DNA from: Conexibacter sp.
GTDB lineage: Bacteria > Actinomycetota > Thermoleophilia > Solirubrobacterales > Solirubrobacteraceae
DNA length: 46,924 nucleotides
Assembly: GCA_051953595.1 (NCBI GenBank)
Contig: JBQCIQ010000022.1
Location: forward strand, 1 to 46,924
Direction: 5' to 3'
How positions within the stretch are numbered: position 1 is the first letter of the stretch; each line of letters opens with the position of its first letter. The notes under the pieces were generated by a model that saw only the letters and a program-made list of their open reading frames with translations, was not told the origin of the DNA and did not search any database. Positions 1-7,205 of this stretch are shown in pieces. The position numbers and the translations under genes are program-made.

Positions 1-246
1 AAGCTTTTGTTTTTTTTTATTTTTTGTTTTTTTTTTGGGGTTTTCCCGCCCTCTCCCCGCCAAACACCCCCAAAACCTCGACCTGCCATCTGAGAGATGG
101 TTGTCATTTCATGCCAGCAGAAGCCCAGCATCGGGGATGGATCCCAGGAGCGGGACGCAGACACGAAGCGGTGCGACGGACGGGCGAGGGACAACGAGGG
201 GAGAAAGAAATCGGCGCAGCGGGCCTAGACGGGTCCGGTACAGGCA

Positions 247-519
247 GTGGATGGACGTGGACGAACAGGACTCGAGGGAACGCAGCTCACGTTGGAGGCA
301 CTGGCGACCGGTGGCATCGAGGACCGGCGTCGGACGAGCCCGGCGCGTCGCATCACGCGCGATGACGTGATGACGGCCGCGGAGGTCGCGCAGCTGCTCG
401 CGTTGCCGAAGTCGACCGTCTACGAGCTGGCGCGGCGTGGCGAGCTGCCGTGCGCTCGGCTCGGGCGGACGATGCGCTTCCTGCGCGAGGACATCGAGGG
501 GCGGCTGCGCGGCCGGTAG
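247..519 (+). CDS. Excisionase-like helix-turn-helix protein (HTH_17/Xis-type recombination directionality factor)
   Basis: C-terminal MTAAEVAQLLALPKSTVYELARRGELPCARLGRTMRF is a typical Xis/HTH_17 winged helix. It is convergent with the integrase. Start codon uncertain. Confidence 0.8.
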   Translation: MDGRGRTGLEGTQLTLEALATGGIEDRRRTSPARRITRDDVMTAAEVAQLLALPKSTVYELARRGELPCARLGRTMRFLREDIEGRLRGR

Positions 520-523
520 CCCG

Positions 524-1867
524 CTACGCCGCCGCCTCCTCGGCCGCTGCGTCAACCACCCCGAACGCGGCGTTCACGGCCACGATCGCCGCCGCGTCGA
601 TCTTGCTGTGCAGGTAGCGGTTGGTGGTGCGCAGCTCGGCGTGGCCGAGCACGTCGCGGACGGTCACGAGGGGCAGCGAGCGGGCGAGGACCGAGCCGGT
701 CGCGTGGCGCAGGCCGTGGAGCTTGAGCGGGCGCAGGCCGGCGGCCTCGGCCGCGCGCTTGTAGCGGCGGCGCACCGCTGACGGGTCGAGGCGGCGGCCG
801 AGCCGGTTGCAGAAGACGTAGTCCTCGGCGCCGGTGAAGTGGTCGCGCTGGCCGAGCCGCGCGAGCGCCTCGGCGGCGGGGCGCGGGATCGGCACCTGGC
901 GGCCGCGTCTGCCCTTCGGCTCCTTCTCGACGCCGGCGCTCACCGCGCGCTCGACGTTGATGACCGCGCCGGAGAGGTCGGGCAGGAAGTGGACGTAGCG
1001 CCAGCGCAGCGCCACCAGCTCGCCGATGCGCATGCCGCTGTAGAAGGCGACGCGGAACAGCTCGGCGTCCTGGCGATCCTCGGCAGCGCGCGCGGCCTCC
1101 TCCTCGTCGCCGAGCTGGTTCGGGCGACCTCGGTAACTCGGCGGCGCGGCGCGATGCTCGCCGCGCTCGCACGCGCGCGCGAGCGACTCCAGCTCGGCGA
1201 CCTCGTAGTGGTCGAGCGGCGGCGGGGGCGGCTGGTAGCGCTTGTCGGTGCCCGCCACCGGGTTCGACGGCAGCGCGTACGTGTCCGGCTTCATCGCGTA
1301 GACGAAGATCGAGTGCAGGACCGCGCGGTGCTCGTTGACGTTGCGCGCCGACATGCCCGCTCTGTCCAGCTCGCGGAGGAACGTCGACACCTCGCGCGTC
1401 GTCAAGGCGTCGATCGGACGATCGCCGAAGCGGGCCATGATGCGGCCCTTCGACTCGCCGCTCCCGCGCTTGTACGCCGTGCCCGGCTCGCGCAGCAGGA
1501 TCTCGTTCTCGCGCAGTGTCGACGGAGCGCCGCCCTTCACGTCGCGCTTCCACGCGAGCCACTCGTGCGCGACGCGTCGCACAGTCGGGACACCAGCACG
1601 CCGGGCGGCCTCCGCCGCCGCCGCGCGCTCCCCCTCCACGGCCGCAACCTTCTCCGCCGCCGCGACGTGCGCCGAGCGCTCGTCCAGCCAGCCCGGCGGG
1701 GTGCGCCCGCGACGCTTGACCCAGCCTCCCTCGCTGCCCTGCTCCAACCACGCCCGGCCGAGGCGGCGCTTGAGCTGGTTGCCGTCCGCGTCCCGCCACT
1801 TCGCCTCGAAGAACGGCGTGCCGTCGGGGCCGACGCGGACGAGGACGGCAGGGCTCTTGGCGGTCAC
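524..1867 (-). CDS. Tyrosine recombinase / phage-type integrase
   Basis: Catalytic motifs are all present: GMRIGEL (R), EPK (K), HGLRH, LGH and TNRY (Y). GTG at 1867 is preferred because the ORF extension to 1924 merely translates the DNA repeats. Confidence 0.93.
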   Translation of the reverse strand: MTAKSPAVLVRVGPDGTPFFEAKWRDADGNQLKRRLGRAWLEQGSEGGWVKRRGRTPPGWLDERSAHVAAAEKVAAVEGERAAAAEAARRAGVPTVRRVAHEWLAWKRDVKGGAPSTLRENEILLREPGTAYKRGSGESKGRIMARFGDRPIDALTTREVSTFLRELDRAGMSARNVNEHRAVLHSIFVYAMKPDTYALPSNPVAGTDKRYQPPPPPLDHYEVAELESLARACERGEHRAAPPSYRGRPNQLGDEEEAARAAEDRQDAELFRVAFYSGMRIGELVALRWRYVHFLPDLSGAVINVERAVSAGVEKEPKGRRGRQVPIPRPAAEALARLGQRDHFTGAEDYVFCNRLGRRLDPSAVRRRYKRAAEAAGLRPLKLHGLRHATGSVLARSLPLVTVRDVLGHAELRTTNRYLHSKIDAAAIVAVNAAFGVVDAAAEEAAA

Positions 1868-1875
1868 GCGGCCGA

Positions 1876-1964
1876 GGGTACCACTCGAAACGGCCGTGGG
1901 TACCACACTGGCCGTGGGTACCACTTTGGATACCGAACATGCCGGAACAAGCGCCAGAACAGGC
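1876..1964. repeat. Direct repeats beside the att site (candidate integrase arm-type and Xis sites)
   Basis: GGGTACCAC occurs at 1876, 1898 and 1916, with GGCCGTGGGTACCAC exact at 1892-1906 and 1910-1924. GAACAnGC occurs at 1935, 1945 and 1957. Confidence 0.7.
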
Positions 1965-2010
1965 TATCCAGCCGCACCAGCCTGTCCGTATCTAAGCGTC
2001 TCGGCCTTGA

Positions 2011-2061
2011 AGCGCCTGGATCGCACCCAGGAGGTCGCCGGTTCGAGTCCGGCTAGCTCCA
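2011..2061 (+). other. att site: 3' fragment of tRNA-Ala(CGC), not a complete tRNA
   Basis: The sequence AGCG-CCTGG-AT-CGC-AC-CCAGG-AGGTC-GCCGG-TTCGAGT-CCGGC-TAGCTCC-A gives an anticodon arm with CGC, a T arm and an Ala-type acceptor 3' strand. No matching 5' acceptor strand or D arm lies upstream. Confidence 0.85.
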
Positions 2062-2081
2062 CTGAACCGCGCCAGACTTCC

Positions 2082-2106
2082 GCTTATTCCGAAGCTTTCG
2101 GGGTAG
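2082..2106 (+). promoter_or_regulatory. Putative SigB/SigF-type promoter
   Basis: GCTT-N15-GGGTAG upstream of the RBS GGAGGAG and ATG 2141. Confidence 0.45.
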
Positions 2107-2140
2107 TACCGGGGCCTACCCGAATCCTGGAGGAGTGACC

Positions 2141-2656
2141 ATGGCGGACTCGGCGTCACGTTCCCGTGCAAGTTCGAGATCCGGTCCGAGCAGGAGAGCG
2201 AGCGCATCGCGTCCGCGCTCGTCGGCCAGGAGAAGACCCGCATCGTCGCGGGCGAGATCGGGCTCCGGCGGTGCACGCAGAACGAGTGCGGCCCGTTCCG
2301 CCGCGCGCAGACCGTCGGCGAGCCGCTCGGCGGCAAGCGGATCGGCCGCGAGCAACGGACATCACGGTCCGCTCGAGTCCGTCACCGACACGATCGGCGC
2401 GGTCGCGACGAAGGTGCGCGGTCCACTGCTCGCCGGCGGCGCCGCAGCGGCGGGCGCGATCGGCGGCATCGTGCTCAGCTCACGCGTGTTGCGTCCGCGC
2501 AAGAAGGTCCTCGGCATTCCGGTCCCGCGCGACGGGATCGGCCTCAAGCCGCTGGCGAAAGAGGTCCGCAAGGCGGGCAAGCAGATCGAGCGCATGGCCG
2601 AAGAGGTCGCCAAGGCCAGAGCGCAGGCGGAGAAGGTCGGCAAGGCGCTGTCCTGA
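2141..2656 (+). CDS. Hypothetical protein with a Ser/Arg-rich N-terminus, a Gly/Ala hydrophobic segment and a C-terminal amphipathic helix
   Basis: Strong RBS (GGAGGAG) before ATG 2141. The ordered C-terminal half resembles the next gene. Confidence 0.7.
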   Translation: MADSASRSRASSRSGPSRRASASRPRSSARRRPASSRARSGSGGARRTSAARSAARRPSASRSAASGSAASNGHHGPLESVTDTIGAVATKVRGPLLAGGAAAAGAIGGIVLSSRVLRPRKKVLGIPVPRDGIGLKPLAKEVRKAGKQIERMAEEVAKARAQAEKVGKALS

Positions 2657-2671
2657 CGACGGAGAGGCAAG

Positions 2672-3046
2672 ATGGCCACGACGCGAGCGGCACGCAGACC
2701 CGGCGGCAGCGCCAGCGGCGCCGGTGCGAGAGCGTCAGGTACGACGAGACGGGCGAAGGGGCCCGCGGCGGCCGTTGGTGCGGCGATCGGCGGGCTCGCG
2801 ATCGGGACCGCGCTCGGCGCGAGGCTGCGCCTGCATCGGCGCCCCCGCCTGCTGGGGCTGCCGCTGCCGAGCTCGCGCGAGATGCGGACGGGCGCGAAGC
2901 ACGTCGCGCAGGCAGGACGGCGGCTGTACGAGCTGGAGAGCGACGTGCGAGCGCTCCGCGCGCAGGCCGACGCATCGCGGCGACAGTCGCCGATCGAGGT
3001 CGTGCTCTCGGCGCTGACCTCGCGCCGGCTGCCGCGGAAGACCTGA
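2672..3046 (+). CDS. Hypothetical membrane-associated protein, probable paralog of the upstream gene
   Basis: RBS GGAGAGG, operonic spacing, and the shared hydrophobic segment + RxxLGxPxP + helix layout. Confidence 0.7.
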   Translation: MATTRAARRPGGSASGAGARASGTTRRAKGPAAAVGAAIGGLAIGTALGARLRLHRRPRLLGLPLPSSREMRTGAKHVAQAGRRLYELESDVRALRAQADASRRQSPIEVVLSALTSRRLPRKT

Positions 3047-3056
3047 CCCGCTCTCG

Positions 3057-3338
3057 TCAGGACGTGCCGAGATCCGTCGGATGGACGATCCTCGCGTGCG
3101 CGCGCCAGCGCACCCCTATGTCACGGTAGGTCACCCCTGGCTCGACCTGCTCCGGCAGGTTCTCCCGCTCTGTGTGGGAGCTTGACTCCACCGCCGGCTC
3201 GCCTTCGAACCAGACTCTCGTCGCCGGGACGCCGCCGAAGCGCAGCTCCCGGGCGCGCACAGAGATGAAGACGTCGGCGTCCGGAAGCTCGTCGTCAAAC
3301 GGCTCGTCTCGACGGTCCGCTGGGTCGCCAGGGCTCAC
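3057..3338 (-). CDS. Small hypothetical protein
   Basis: GTGA overlap with the stop of the upstream gene. Protein-like composition (TERENLPEQVEPGVTYRDI). Confidence 0.65.
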   Translation of the reverse strand: MSPGDPADRRDEPFDDELPDADVFISVRARELRFGGVPATRVWFEGEPAVESSSHTERENLPEQVEPGVTYRDIGVRWRAHARIVHPTDLGTS

Positions 3339-4480
3339 CTGCGCGCCCCCCGCAGGTCCCGGACCGTGATCGTGCCGCCCGCTCCGCTGCCCTGGACCTC
3401 GTCGAGGTCGATCCCCTCCGCCTCGGCCCGTCGCAGAGCGGCCCTCGTCGCGTGATACCTCATCGCGCGACGCTCACGCCGCCGCTCGCCCAGCTCCGCG
3501 GCCTTGTGGGCCGCCGCGAACCCGAGATCCTTCGCCTCGTCGCTTGCCGCGGCGCCGAGCTCCTTGACGACCATCTTCGCGGCCTCCTTCGCCAGGCTTC
3601 CGGCGGTCAGCCCGCCGCCGCCCTGGCCGCCTCCGCTGTCGCCGTCACCGCCGCCGGCACCCGGCGTGCCCATCTGACCGGCCAGCGCCCCGGCGTCCTG
3701 TCCGAGCCCGCCGACCGCCTGGCCGGCGCCTTGGCCGACGCCCTGCACGGCCCCGCCGGCGCCCTTGCCGACATCCTGCACGGCCCCGCCGGCGCCCTTC
3801 CCGACGTCTTGCACCGCCCCGCCGGCGCCCTTGCCGACATCCTGCACCGCACCCTCAGCACCCTTGCCGACGTCCTGGACCGCGCCCTCGGCGCCCTCGC
3901 CCACGTCTTCGACGGCGTGTCCGGCGCCCTGACCGATCTGGCCGACGCCCTTGCCCGCGCCGGCACCGACCTGCTCAAGCGAGCGTCCGATGCTCTCAAG
4001 CAGCGCAGGGTTGCGATCGAGGGTGGTCAATACGCGATCGATGATCGCGGTGATGTGATCGAGGCGAGCGCGAAGGAGCGCCTGCGCTTCGACCCCTCTG
4101 ATGCTCAGCTCGGCCTTGCCGAGCTCGGCGTGAATGCCGACGCTCAGCTTGACGAGATCGAGCACCTCGGCATGCACCGAGACGCGCGCCTCGATGTTGT
4201 CCAGCTCGAGGTGGATCTCGTCGACCTTGACGATCGGGATGTCGACGAGAACGTCGGGCTCGTCCGTGTCGCTGATCGATCCCGGGTGGAGGAGGGTGTA
4301 GTCCTGGTACTCGCGCTCGGGGACCGTCGCGTCGCTGGTCTGGTTGCGCAGCGGGCTTCGTCTGCTGCCGTTGCTGCTGCCGCTCGAACCCTGACCGGAC
4401 TTCGCCGGCGCACGCCGGCGCTGTGAGCCTCTCGATCCATTGCGGCTGGCCGCCCGCCGTCTCGTCTGAGCTTGCGCCAT
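3335..4480 (-). CDS. Hypothetical protein with 11-residue Gly-rich repeats and a C-terminal E3-binding (peripheral subunit-binding)-like domain
   Basis: RBS GGAGGG. The repeat unit is GAGGAVQDVGK. The C-terminus ATRAALRRAEAEGIDLDEVQGSGAGGTITVRDL matches the E3_binding pattern. Confidence 0.85.
   Translation of the reverse strand: MAQAQTRRRAASRNGSRGSQRRRAPAKSGQGSSGSSNGSRRSPLRNQTSDATVPEREYQDYTLLHPGSISDTDEPDVLVDIPIVKVDEIHLELDNIEARVSVHAEVLDLVKLSVGIHAELGKAELSIRGVEAQALLRARLDHITAIIDRVLTTLDRNPALLESIGRSLEQVGAGAGKGVGQIGQGAGHAVEDVGEGAEGAVQDVGKGAEGAVQDVGKGAGGAVQDVGKGAGGAVQDVGKGAGGAVQGVGQGAGQAVGGLGQDAGALAGQMGTPGAGGGDGDSGGGQGGGGLTAGSLAKEAAKMVVKELGAAASDEAKDLGFAAAHKAAELGERRRERRAMRYHATRAALRRAEAEGIDLDEVQGSGAGGTITVRDLRGARR
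3728..3958. repeat. Coding 33-bp tandem repeat, about 7 degenerate units (weaker units flank it)
   Basis: Units such as gcccttgccgacatcctgcacggccccgccggc start at 3728, 3761, 3794, 3827, 3860, 3893 and 3926. Confidence 0.85.
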
Positions 4481-4525
4481 CGGGATCCCTCCGATCTCCT
4501 CCGTTCGCCAGGGGTCCTATGCCGG

Positions 4526-4550
4526 ATTCCCGATGCCCCGGGGTCCAAAC
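4526..4550 (-). promoter_or_regulatory. SigB/SigF-type promoter
   Basis: The minus strand reads GTTT-N15-GGGAAT, 45 nt upstream of ATG 4480. Confidence 0.7.
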
Positions 4551-4553
4551 GAA

Positions 4554-4751
4554 CTAGTCGTTCTCTGTCCCCGCGCCGCGACGCCGCAGCGACGAGATCC
4601 CGGCGCTGCCGGCCGTGAGGCCGGTGAGGCCGCCCGCGGCGATCAAGCCGGCCCGCATCGCCTTGTCGGACGGCAGATCCGGCAGGTCCACCTTCTTGAC
4701 GGCGTCGAGGAGCCGCTGCATCCGGCTCTTCCTCCTGAACGGCGCTCGCAT
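4554..4751 (-). CDS. Small hypothetical protein with a Gly/Ala hydrophobic segment
   Basis: RBS GGAGGAG before ATG 4751; it directly follows the upstream gene. Confidence 0.6.
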   Translation of the reverse strand: MRAPFRRKSRMQRLLDAVKKVDLPDLPSDKAMRAGLIAAGGLTGLTAGSAGISSLRRRGAGTEND

Positions 4752-4764
4752 GTGATCTCCTCCA

Positions 4765-5679
4765 TCAGCTCTTCCCACGCGACGCCTTCGCGATCGCGGC
4801 GATGAGCTCGTCCTTGGTCATGTTCGTCCGGCCCTCGACCCCGACGCTGGCGGCCAGCTCGATCAGTTCCGGCTTCTTGTAGGACTCGAGGCCGTTCGTC
4901 GCGTCGCGGCTCAGCTGACGAGCCGTGTTCCTTGCCGTCGCCTGCGAGTCCTCCCGCAGCTGATCCGCCGCGGCGATCCGAGCGTCGGCCTCGCTCGCCT
5001 GCTGCTCGGCGTCGCTGACGAGCTGCTGCGCGCGCTCGCGCGCCTCCTCGGCGACGGTGCGCGCGGCCTCAGCTGCCTCGTCGGCGAGCCGTCTGGCCGT
5101 GGCGAGCTTCTCGGTCGCGTCGGCGACCTTCTCCTCGGCGCGTCGTCGGGAGTCCTCGGCCTCGCGCTCGGCCTCCTCGATCTCCTCGTCGACCTCGGCC
5201 TGCGTCTCCTCGACCGTCTCCTCGGCCTCCTCCTCGGCCTCTTGCCGCGTGCGCTTGACGGACTCGTCTGCCGCCTTCTGTGCCGCGGCGACACGCTGTC
5301 TGACGGTCCGACTCGTCTCCCGCTCAACCTCCCTGACGAGAGCGCGGCCACGCTCGCTCACCTGCCGGGCGTGGTCTGAGAGCTCCTTCGACTCCTGCGC
5401 GGCTGCAAGCGCCTCTTCCTCGGCCTCCCGGGCGCGCTCCGCGGCCTCCCGCGCGCGCTTCATCCGGACGTCGACGGAGTCGCCGCCGATGGGCGTGGCG
5501 TCCACCACGGCCATGCGCATCCTTCGTCCCCGATCGCGGGCGCCCGCCGCAGCCGATCCGGTCGCGGATCCGACCGTCTCGGCGGGCTTCAGGACGCGAG
5601 ACAGCATCCACGCCGCGTTCGACGGCATCTCCCGCAGACCCGTCCGCGCTTGCTCGGACAACCATCCTCCGACAGGCAT
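4765..5679 (-). CDS. Coiled-coil protein with a C-terminal Rho-N-like domain
   Basis: Long Glu/Ala/Arg helical region. The C-terminus KKPELIELAASVGVEGRTNMTKDELIAAI fits the Rho N-terminal domain pattern. Confidence 0.8.
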   Translation of the reverse strand: MPVGGWLSEQARTGLREMPSNAAWMLSRVLKPAETVGSATGSAAAGARDRGRRMRMAVVDATPIGGDSVDVRMKRAREAAERAREAEEEALAAAQESKELSDHARQVSERGRALVREVERETSRTVRQRVAAAQKAADESVKRTRQEAEEEAEETVEETQAEVDEEIEEAEREAEDSRRRAEEKVADATEKLATARRLADEAAEAARTVAEEARERAQQLVSDAEQQASEADARIAAADQLREDSQATARNTARQLSRDATNGLESYKKPELIELAASVGVEGRTNMTKDELIAAIAKASRGKS

Positions 5680-5737
5680 CTCTCAACCCTCCAATCCCAT
5701 CTCTGGCCGCTGCTGCGATGGCGCAGTCTCCGCCCGT

Positions 5738-5762
5738 ATACCCGGCGATCACCTCGATGCAC
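5738..5762 (-). promoter_or_regulatory. Putative SigB/SigF-type promoter
   Basis: The minus strand reads GTGC-N15-GGGTAT upstream of 5679. Confidence 0.45.
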
Positions 5763-5846
5763 GAGTGGTGGCATGCCCACGCTCGCCTAGACCTGGGGAC
5801 ATGACGCTTCGGCGGATGGACAACGAGGCCGCAAAGGCGTTCTTCC

Positions 5847-5876
5847 TTGACAGCGGAGCCCGCTACACACTAAATT
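5847..5876 (+). promoter_or_regulatory. Putative primary-sigma promoter
   Basis: TTGACA-N18-TAAATT upstream of the RBS GGAGG and GTG 5913. Confidence 0.6.
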
Positions 5877-5912
5877 CACCTTGTTCGAATTCCGGTGGGG
5901 GGAGGTCGGATC

Positions 5913-6542
5913 GTGTTCGGACAGGCGTCGGCCTGGTTGGGGAGAAGGCTGCTTCCGCTTACGGCATGGCTCGTGGCGATCGCCGGCACGGCGTTGATCC
6001 TCGCGCTCGCGACTTCGGGCGCCGCGCCGTCGCACACGCTCGCCGCCCAGAACGGCGCGCCCGTTCGCGTGCCGCCGCCCCAGCACGGCGCCGCGCCGCC
6101 GGATCCGGGCGCCGCCGCCGCGTCAGTCGCGCCGCACGGCCCGCCGAGCGCAAGCGCCGCGGACGCCGCATCCTCGCGCGCGGTGCTCCGAAGCGACGCG
6201 ACGTTCGCGGACCTGCTCCACGGCGTCGGCTATCGCGTCGTGTCGATCTCGCCGTGGACCGACGCCACGGGCGCCGGCCAGCTGGGCACCGTCGTCGACG
6301 TCCAGCTCGACGCGCCGCTCACGGCGACGACCGAGCTGCCAGGCGTGCGCTTCGACGCCGACGGCACGACCTACAGGGAGCTGTCGATTCCCGTGAAGGT
6401 GACCGGCGCGACGACGATGACACTGCTCGTCGACCTGCACTCCAGGCGCGTCGTCAGCGCGATGCCGCCGGACGCCACGCTCGCGCCCACCCCGGCCACG
6501 CACGGGCTCTTCGCCGCGCCCGGCGACAGGCACGGGAGCTGA
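5913..6542 (+). CDS. Hypothetical secreted or membrane-anchored protein
   Basis: N-terminal hydrophobic segment, Pro/Ala linker and a beta-rich domain. RBS GGAGG at 5901. Confidence 0.7.
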   Translation: MFGQASAWLGRRLLPLTAWLVAIAGTALILALATSGAAPSHTLAAQNGAPVRVPPPQHGAAPPDPGAAAASVAPHGPPSASAADAASSRAVLRSDATFADLLHGVGYRVVSISPWTDATGAGQLGTVVDVQLDAPLTATTELPGVRFDADGTTYRELSIPVKVTGATTMTLLVDLHSRRVVSAMPPDATLAPTPATHGLFAAPGDRHGS

Positions 6543-6548
6543 TCGGCG

Positions 6549-7196
6549 ATGCGCTTCCGGAAGCATCACCTCTACCTCGTCGCCGCCGTCTGCGCGCTCG
6601 CCGCCGGCGTCGCGCTGCTGCCGATGAACGTGCTCGGGTCCTCGACCACGAACCTCAGGACGCTCGGCTTCGGCTACGGCGACTCGATCTACAACTACGA
6701 CTTCGAGAACCAGGCCGTCGACGCCTCGCACGTCGACTGGGCGATGTCGCTGCTCTTCTACAACAACGCGAACGTCAACAAGGTGAAGGGCATCCTCGAA
6801 GGCAGCTACTGGATATACGGCTCGAAGGAGAACGCGTACCTCAACGACACGGGCTCCTGGCAGTGGGACCAGGACGGCGGCATGAAGACGGACACGCCGA
6901 GCTGCCTCGGCAGCGACGCCCACTACCGCGTCTACGCGCCGTCGGCGTACGACGACTTCTACAACCCGACGTTCGGCTACTACCTGTTCGGGACGACGCA
7001 CCACGACCACCACGAGCTGTGCGACGCCTCGTACAACGACAGCGAGGGCACCGAGCACGACATCGCGAACAGGATGTCGGCGAGGGGCTACTACACCCGC
7101 TACGACTACGCGTGGTTCTACAACGCCCAGTTCGACACGCAGGGCAACCACTCGTTCAACAACGACGGCTACGCGACCTACATCGAAGTTCCCTAG
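6549..7196 (+). CDS. Secreted Tyr/Asp/Asn-rich protein, possibly LssY_C-like
   Basis: Signal peptide and strong GC3 codon bias. Motif order DWAMSLLF..HYRVY..FGTTHHD..NNDGYATYI. Confidence 0.85.
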   Translation: MRFRKHHLYLVAAVCALAAGVALLPMNVLGSSTTNLRTLGFGYGDSIYNYDFENQAVDASHVDWAMSLLFYNNANVNKVKGILEGSYWIYGSKENAYLNDTGSWQWDQDGGMKTDTPSCLGSDAHYRVYAPSAYDDFYNPTFGYYLFGTTHHDHHELCDASYNDSEGTEHDIANRMSARGYYTRYDYAWFYNAQFDTQGNHSFNNDGYATYIEVP

Positions 7197-7205
7197 CCGG
7201 CGCAC

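Larger units (their letters stand above)
1..2061. mobile_element. Right end of an integrative element (prophage/ICE/genomic island) inserted in tRNA-Ala; continues left beyond the window
   Basis: xis-like gene, integrase, repeat cluster and a tRNA 3' fragment lie in the canonical arrangement. Confidence 0.8.

Noticed and set aside
1-75. Poly-T / homopolymer-rich start and ORFs 24..365 and 35..370
   Set aside because: The composition is alien to the rest of the window and typical of a low-quality contig end. The ORFs have no recognisable protein features.
1990-2064. Complete tRNA-Ala gene
   Set aside because: There is no 5' acceptor strand complementary to TAGCTCC and no D arm upstream of 2011, so it is a fragment only.
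3695-3991. 33-bp repeats as a CRISPR array
   Set aside because: The units are contiguous with no spacers, vary at codon third positions and lie in frame within a CDS. No cas genes are present.
2062-5800. Second, older island inserted downstream of the same tRNA site
   Set aside because: Codon usage looks slightly less biased by eye, but I found no second att copy or mobility gene. It is unsupported without comparative genomes.
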